Source: Candidatus Woesearchaeota archaeon
GTDB taxonomy: Archaea > Nanobdellota > Nanobdellia > Woesearchaeales > UBA583
DNA length: 48,124 nucleotides
Direction: 5' to 3'
Assembly: GCA_041631255.1 (NCBI GenBank)
Contig: JBFKKL010000001.1
Span: forward strand, 1 to 48,124
Positions within the stretch are counted from its first letter, which is position 1. Each line of letters opens with the position of its first letter. This document shows, piece by piece, positions 43,852 through 48,124 of the stretch. The notes below the pieces were generated by a model that worked only from the letters and a program-made list of their open reading frames with translations, was not told where the DNA came from and made no database searches. The position numbers and the translations under genes were made by a program.

Positions 43852-44013
43852 ATGGATAAAAAATTAATGAAAGAAACAGGCGACAAGATTTTAGACATTA
43901 TTGGAGAGTCAGGACTATCTGAATATGAAAGTCATAAAATGTTAGAACTTATTATAGAATCGCTAATAGATAAAACTATTATGGAGAGAGATGAAACTCT
44001 ATTAAACTTATAA
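43852..44013 (+). CDS. Small protein (53 aa)
   Basis: ORF below the track cut-off. Confidence 0.4.
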   Translation: MDKKLMKETGDKILDIIGESGLSEYESHKMLELIIESLIDKTIMERDETLLNL

Positions 44014-44024
44014 TTAAATGAAGA

Positions 44025-44216
44025 ATGAAACAAGAAGAAATAAAAAAAATGAAAAAAACATTAAATGACAAAATACAAGAATATGAGAATTGGCTTAACC
44101 ATTTAAAACAAGTAATTAATAGAACAGAAAATGGTATAAGAGTTCTTGAATTAAAAGCACAAGAACAAGTTTTAGAAACAATAGTTAAAGAATTAAAAAA
44201 TCTTTCAAATAATTAA
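44025..44216 (+). CDS. Small coiled-coil protein
   Basis: 63-aa K/E-rich ORF. Confidence 0.45.
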   Translation: MKQEEIKKMKKTLNDKIQEYENWLNHLKQVINRTENGIRVLELKAQEQVLETIVKELKNLSNN

Positions 44217-44280
44217 AATCTGTAACATTATAATATTAAAAAGATAAGTTTATAAATATAAATAATATGATAATATTAAT

Positions 44281-44967
44281 ATGGTAAAAACATATAAAGT
44301 ACAAGTAAATAAAGCAAATGGGCAACCTTTCGTAAATCTTAGTAAGAAAGATGGTTGGAAAGAAGGAGATGAGATAATTCCTCAAATTAAATGGGGTGGA
44401 ATCTATAATAAATCAATGTTAGAGAAGTATTACGAAGAAAATAAAGAAAATCTAACAGAATTAAAGAAAGAACTTGAAGAACTATACAAAGATTACTTTG
44501 AGGGGGAAAAATATAAATTCATAACAGAATCTATGCCTCAAATATTTGGATTAGGAAAAATGATTAATGGGAATGAAGAACCTTATGAATTTGAAAATTC
44601 AGATTTTGGATGGTATCCTATGGATGATATTGATGGAGGGACAATCGGAGATGTTTATTACCAATTAGATAAATATCTCAAATATATTAATGAAAATAAA
44701 TATGATTTGAAAGAAAAACACCCTCAAGAATTAAAAGAATTGGCTTCAATTTCATATATTAAATTATGTTTTGAGAGATTGATTGAACAATTTGAAAGAG
44801 CAAAAGACAAAATACTTGAAAATTACAATTTTGAAGTGTCAAAAGAATCTGGTGATATGTATGATGTTTATAGTAATGGGAAAGTATTTTTGAGGTTCTT
44901 TGAGAAAAGGATTTGTAGTTTAGAAATAGGAGATTTACATCAAGAAAATTTCCTTTCTTTTAATTAA
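44281..44967 (+). CDS. Hypothetical protein with a possible AbrB/SpoVT-like N-terminus
   Basis: VQVNKANGQPFVNLSKKDGWKEGDEII. TATA GTTTATAAATAT lies about 25 nt upstream. Confidence 0.4.
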   Translation: MVKTYKVQVNKANGQPFVNLSKKDGWKEGDEIIPQIKWGGIYNKSMLEKYYEENKENLTELKKELEELYKDYFEGEKYKFITESMPQIFGLGKMINGNEEPYEFENSDFGWYPMDDIDGGTIGDVYYQLDKYLKYINENKYDLKEKHPQELKELASISYIKLCFERLIEQFERAKDKILENYNFEVSKESGDMYDVYSNGKVFLRFFEKRICSLEIGDLHQENFLSFN

Positions 44968-44970
44968 AAA

Positions 44971-45096
44971 ATGGAAACAATAGAAATAATAAATTTTATA
45001 TATTATATAAATCTATATTGGTTTATTACTTATCCTTTAATGATTATATTTTATATATATTTTATTTATTTCATTCCAAAATATTCAAACAATTAA
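44971..45096 (+). CDS. Possible tiny hydrophobic protein (41 aa)
   Basis: ORF in extremely AT-rich sequence, so it could occur by chance. Confidence 0.25.
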   Translation: METIEIINFIYYINLYWFITYPLMIIFYIYFIYFIPKYSNN

Positions 45097-45109
45097 AAAA
45101 TAAATAAAA

Positions 45110-45319
45110 ATGGTAGAAGCATTAGAAAACAAATGGATTTATAGAGATAAAGATATAACTTTTTCAAGTGATGGCGATAATGAAGTATTTTTAAGAAAAG
45201 ATGTTGAACTTGCAGTTAAAGAAATGACTAAAGAATTATTAAATTCAGATTTAGAAAGTTTTACAGGTGATAATATAACAGATTTAATATATAAACACTT
45301 TGGAGAGGACTTTCTTTAA
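45110..45319 (+). CDS. Small acidic hypothetical protein
   Basis: 69-aa ORF. Confidence 0.5.
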   Translation: MVEALENKWIYRDKDITFSSDGDNEVFLRKDVELAVKEMTKELLNSDLESFTGDNITDLIYKHFGEDFL

Positions 45320-45335
45320 ATTAAATTCTATCTAA

Positions 45336-45363
45336 AAAACACGCCCTTTTTTAAATAAAAAAT
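45336..45363 (+). promoter_or_regulatory. Promoter cassette AAAAACACGCCC-TTTTTTAAATAAAA (copy 2)
   Basis: 33-bp exact repeat of 811-843. The TATA centre is about 27 nt before the ATG at 45381. Confidence 0.65.
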
Positions 45364-45380
45364 TTCAATATCTTTATTAG

Positions 45381-45563
45381 ATGAGTGAAGACGAACTAAT
45401 TATTTACGATGAGGAAGGCAAAGAGACCATAAATGTTGACGCTCACGAACGGAAAAAGAGATTAAAAAAAGAATTAAAAGAACTCAAGAAAAAGGAAAAA
45501 GAATCTGTTCCAAAAGAGGTTTTAGATAAATTCAAAAGAGGGAAAGATGATGGTAAAAACTAA
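45381..45563 (+). CDS. Small K/E-rich protein
   Basis: Leaderless geometry behind the promoter. Confidence 0.5.
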   Translation: MSEDELIIYDEEGKETINVDAHERKKRLKKELKELKKKEKESVPKEVLDKFKRGKDDGKN

Positions 45564-45993
45564 TTTGACTCTTCTCTTTGAATTGTGTAATAAAGGTTTT
45601 TTGGAGAAACAACAATTGAAAAGGTATTTCAATAATAAGAACGCCAAGAACTTAAGGAGTTGTCTTGAATCGATGTTTAATTTAAGTTTAGACGAGATAT
45701 TAAAATTAAGAGGATTAGTATTTGAGGCATGGGAATCACCTAAAAAAATATGGAGTGAGAACGAGATTTTAATATTCGGTCAATTATTAAGAATGAATGG
45801 AGTTGCAACAGTTAACGAATTATACAAGAAAAGTAAGATAGATAAAATTGAGAAAGTACGTGACGCAGTTATCGGTTTAGAAGAGAACGAAACTAATCCA
45901 AAGAAGACTGCTCCTGTAATGACAACAAAATCTAATGGCAATTCAAAGATAGTGTTCATATCGCCAAAATTTGTGAGGAAAATGTTAAAATGA
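45547..45993 (+). CDS. Hypothetical protein (148 aa)
   Basis: ORF only. Confidence 0.55.
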   Translation: MMVKTNLTLLFELCNKGFLEKQQLKRYFNNKNAKNLRSCLESMFNLSLDEILKLRGLVFEAWESPKKIWSENEILIFGQLLRMNGVATVNELYKKSKIDKIEKVRDAVIGLEENETNPKKTAPVMTTKSNGNSKIVFISPKFVRKMLK

Positions 45994-46940
45994 GTAAGGT
46001 AAAAATATTTTTAGTATTAGGAATAATTTTAGGGATAATAGGTTTAGTAATTTACAATAATTATTCAAACACTCCAACAACTGTTCCTGTTCAATCAACA
46101 AATTTAAATCAAACGAACGTAAAAGTACCGCAATGTGTTGATGGTATCGATAACGATTTAGACGGATTTGTAGATTACACTGAAGACAATGATTGTACTG
46201 ACGCATCAGACAATTCTGAAAGAAATTGGGATTGGTTAAAGTTTTTAGCATTAGGGATAGTTATTGCAGGAGCAGGATTAACAACATATTGGTACTTTTG
46301 GCTTAGAGAAAAGAAAGAAGACGATAACGGATTATTTGAAAAACCAATTAATGGTGATAGAGCCTACGATATTATTTTAGACAAATTCTTGAGAGAACAT
46401 GTTGACGATATACATTGCATTCCAAATGAAAAAGATTCAACACTTATGAAACCTAAAGATAAGAAGGCAATTCAAAGAATAAATCATTTCCCAATAATCA
46501 AACATTCAGAGCATTTCCTTTACAATTTCATTAGAATCACTCAAGGGAACATGGCAGGAGAGCATGTACTTTCATTCTCATTATCAAGAGGCGAAGAACA
46601 TCTCAAAGGTGGCACATACAGATTAGAATTAAATAAACCTTATGAAATATGGGAAAATAAATTTAGAACTTTCCCTATGTCAAGTCCTGAAACTAAATCG
46701 GAAAAAATCGCTCTTGCACTTGCAGAGACAGCAGATTCAGCAGAAGAATACAATGCAATTTTAGCACAATCTTTAAAGAATGTTAACAGTTCACAAGGCA
46801 ACGATTTAACTGATGAAGAGTATAGTAATTGGATACAATCTCAAAGGACACAACCTAAGAACAAGAAAAAGAAAAATAATAATCAGCAATCTCCAATCCA
46901 ATATGTTGAGGCACACGCTGAGGAGGCGGATGAACAATGA
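45990..46940 (+). CDS. Bitopic membrane protein with a CxDGxDNDxDGxxD Ca-binding-like extracellular motif
   Basis: TM1, then QCVDGIDNDLDGFVDYTEDNDCTD, then TM2 (LALGIVIAGAGLTTYWYFW) and a cytoplasmic domain. Confidence 0.55.
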   Translation: MSKVKIFLVLGIILGIIGLVIYNNYSNTPTTVPVQSTNLNQTNVKVPQCVDGIDNDLDGFVDYTEDNDCTDASDNSERNWDWLKFLALGIVIAGAGLTTYWYFWLREKKEDDNGLFEKPINGDRAYDIILDKFLREHVDDIHCIPNEKDSTLMKPKDKKAIQRINHFPIIKHSEHFLYNFIRITQGNMAGEHVLSFSLSRGEEHLKGGTYRLELNKPYEIWENKFRTFPMSSPETKSEKIALALAETADSAEEYNAILAQSLKNVNSSQGNDLTDEEYSNWIQSQRTQPKNKKKKNNNQQSPIQYVEAHAEEADEQ

Positions 46941-47392
46941 AATTCTATATTTGGGAAAAAATCTTTTTAGTCCTTTTAGTTATCACGATGTTAAGCATAA
47001 GTGGACTAAGTTATATAGGTATTTTAAGTTCAAAAATTTATTCAATCAAATATCATGACGATTTTTTTGTAAACTTAGTGATAGATAAATGTGAAGAAAA
47101 GGAAACTAATTTAAGTAAAGTAAATTGCGTGAACGAGTTCATGGCACAGCATTTCAAGTACGGTGAAAAAAGAAACCTTATAGGCGATTCACCTTCACAC
47201 ATGTTCTCAAATACAGGAAATTGTAAGGAATCTTCTTTCTTCTATGAATTAGTATTAAACAAATTAGGTATAGAAACTAAATTAGTTTTCCTAAATAATC
47301 ACGTTTACACAATAGCATACAGTGACAATTTTTATTGTAATTTAGACCAAGAATATATGAACTGTGCAACAATTGAGGTAAAAGAGAAATGA
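46937..47392 (+). CDS. Membrane-anchored transglutaminase-like (papain-fold) protein
   Basis: GNCKESSFFYELVLNKLGIETKLV...NHVYT...LDQ matches the Cys/His/Asp order of the transglutaminase core. Confidence 0.45.
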   Translation: MKFYIWEKIFLVLLVITMLSISGLSYIGILSSKIYSIKYHDDFFVNLVIDKCEEKETNLSKVNCVNEFMAQHFKYGEKRNLIGDSPSHMFSNTGNCKESSFFYELVLNKLGIETKLVFLNNHVYTIAYSDNFYCNLDQEYMNCATIEVKEK

Positions 47393-48124
47393 GTGAAAAG
47401 ATATATTGGATTCTAACAAAAGAAGAAATAAAATCAAATGTGAATTTGAAAAATATATTGTGGATAGTATTAATGTTATTATTAGCATTTTCAACTACTA
47501 ATATAGTGCATGGTTATACGTACTATGAAGAGTTCTCACATAACGAGGCAGGATTCCCTTTAGGAGGGGTAACACAAGAATACCAATTCCCATTCTTAGC
47601 GAATCAAACTCTTTTTTTTGTTCAGGAAGAACGTCAAGACGATAAAGTATTTTTAGATTTTCCAAGCCAATTCACACACACAAATAATACTAACGGTTAC
47701 ATATTCAAAATCAATTATACTTTATTGGATAGAGTGTATTCAGAAAGCACATCTTTCAACGTGTCAGTAAAAGTAACTAATTCCAAGAACAATCAATCAG
47801 CAACAATAGGTATGAAATTTAATATAGAAAAAACTGCACTTGGTGCAATTCAAGTTATAGGAACTGACGAATTAGTTATTGAAAATGGAACATACGTCAA
47901 AAGAATAACTCAAGACAAACTACCCTCCGCAGGTAACTTATCTTTCAATGTGGTAGGTGAACCTAACGAGTTCTTCACATTACAAGGTTGCACATCACTT
48001 CTAAAATGTCCTCTAACTCAATACAAATTCGATGCACAAGGTCATAAGACAATATTCATTGATTATTCATTACCAATCACTCAAGCCTTAGGTAGATACA
48101 CAGAACATTTCAATTTAGTTTCAG
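47389..48124 (+). CDS. 5' part of a junction-spanning gene (469 aa once the overlap is removed): N-terminal signal anchor and sequon-rich ectodomain
   Basis: ATG at 47389 overlaps the upstream TGA (ATGA). The frame stays open to the window end and continues in frame at position 142. MSEKIYWILTKEE..NILWIVLMLLLAFSTTN is a hydrophobic anchor. Confidence 0.8.
   Translation, partial: MSEKIYWILTKEEIKSNVNLKNILWIVLMLLLAFSTTNIVHGYTYYEEFSHNEAGFPLGGVTQEYQFPFLANQTLFFVQEERQDDKVFLDFPSQFTHTNNTNGYIFKINYTLLDRVYSESTSFNVSVKVTNSKNNQSATIGMKFNIEKTALGAIQVIGTDELVIENGTYVKRITQDKLPSAGNLSFNVVGEPNEFFTLQGCTSLLKCPLTQYKFDAQGHKTIFIDYSLPITQALGRYTEHFNLVS
47984..48124. repeat. Terminal direct repeat, copy 2 (identical to 1-141)
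   Basis: Same as copy 1. Most simply explained as an assembly overlap of a circular molecule. Confidence 0.95.

Larger units (their letters stand above)
1..47983. mobile_element. Complete circular (or terminally redundant) archaeal virus-like / integrative plasmid-like element, unit length 47,983 bp
   Basis: 141-bp exact end overlap. Integrase, tRNA, two FtsK/HerA-type ATPases, HNH nucleases and a surface-glycoprotein module. Archaeal-type TATA promoters and a class III signal pilin-like gene. Confidence 0.6.

Overview
The window is one complete replicon. Bases 1-141 are identical to 47984-48124, and an ORF reads in frame across that junction, so the unit is a 47,983-bp circle (or a terminally redundant or permuted genome).

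Several features point to an archaeal host:
- It is very AT-rich and densely coded, with long co-directional gene blocks and many ATGA/TAATG start-stop overlaps.
- TTTATAAA(T) TATA boxes sit about 25 nt upstream of first-gene ATGs, which implies leaderless mRNAs.
- GGAGG Shine-Dalgarno-like sites precede internal genes.
- There is one archaeal type IV pilin-like (class III signal) protein.
- Many surface proteins have an N-terminal signal or anchor plus a C-terminal TM helix with a basic tail, and are crowded with N-x-S/T sequons.

Recognisable content:
- a tyrosine integrase next to an 860-bp non-coding region
- a tRNA with anticodon CAU
- two FtsK/HerA/VirB4-superfamily ATPases
- two HNH endonucleases
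- a hyaluronan/chitin-synthase-like processive GT2
- a CPBP intramembrane protease, an HExxH membrane protein and a transglutaminase-like protein
- an LMW-PTP-like phosphatase
- several zinc-ribbon and HTH proteins
- a large envelope/surface module with 1177-aa (DUF2341) and 1901-aa (tandem-repeat) proteins

I could not recognise a head-tail capsid, portal or terminase module by eye. My interpretation is a novel integrative archaeal virus or virus-like plasmid, possibly spindle/pleomorphic-type or related to pT26-2-like elements.

Strongest non-genic signals:
- a 30-bp-periodic array of six TTTCA-N4-TGAAA palindromes between two divergent TTTATAAAGCA promoters
- two GC-rich, hairpin-rich non-coding regions
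- a reused promoter cassette

All functional calls come from motif recognition by eye. No database searches were run.
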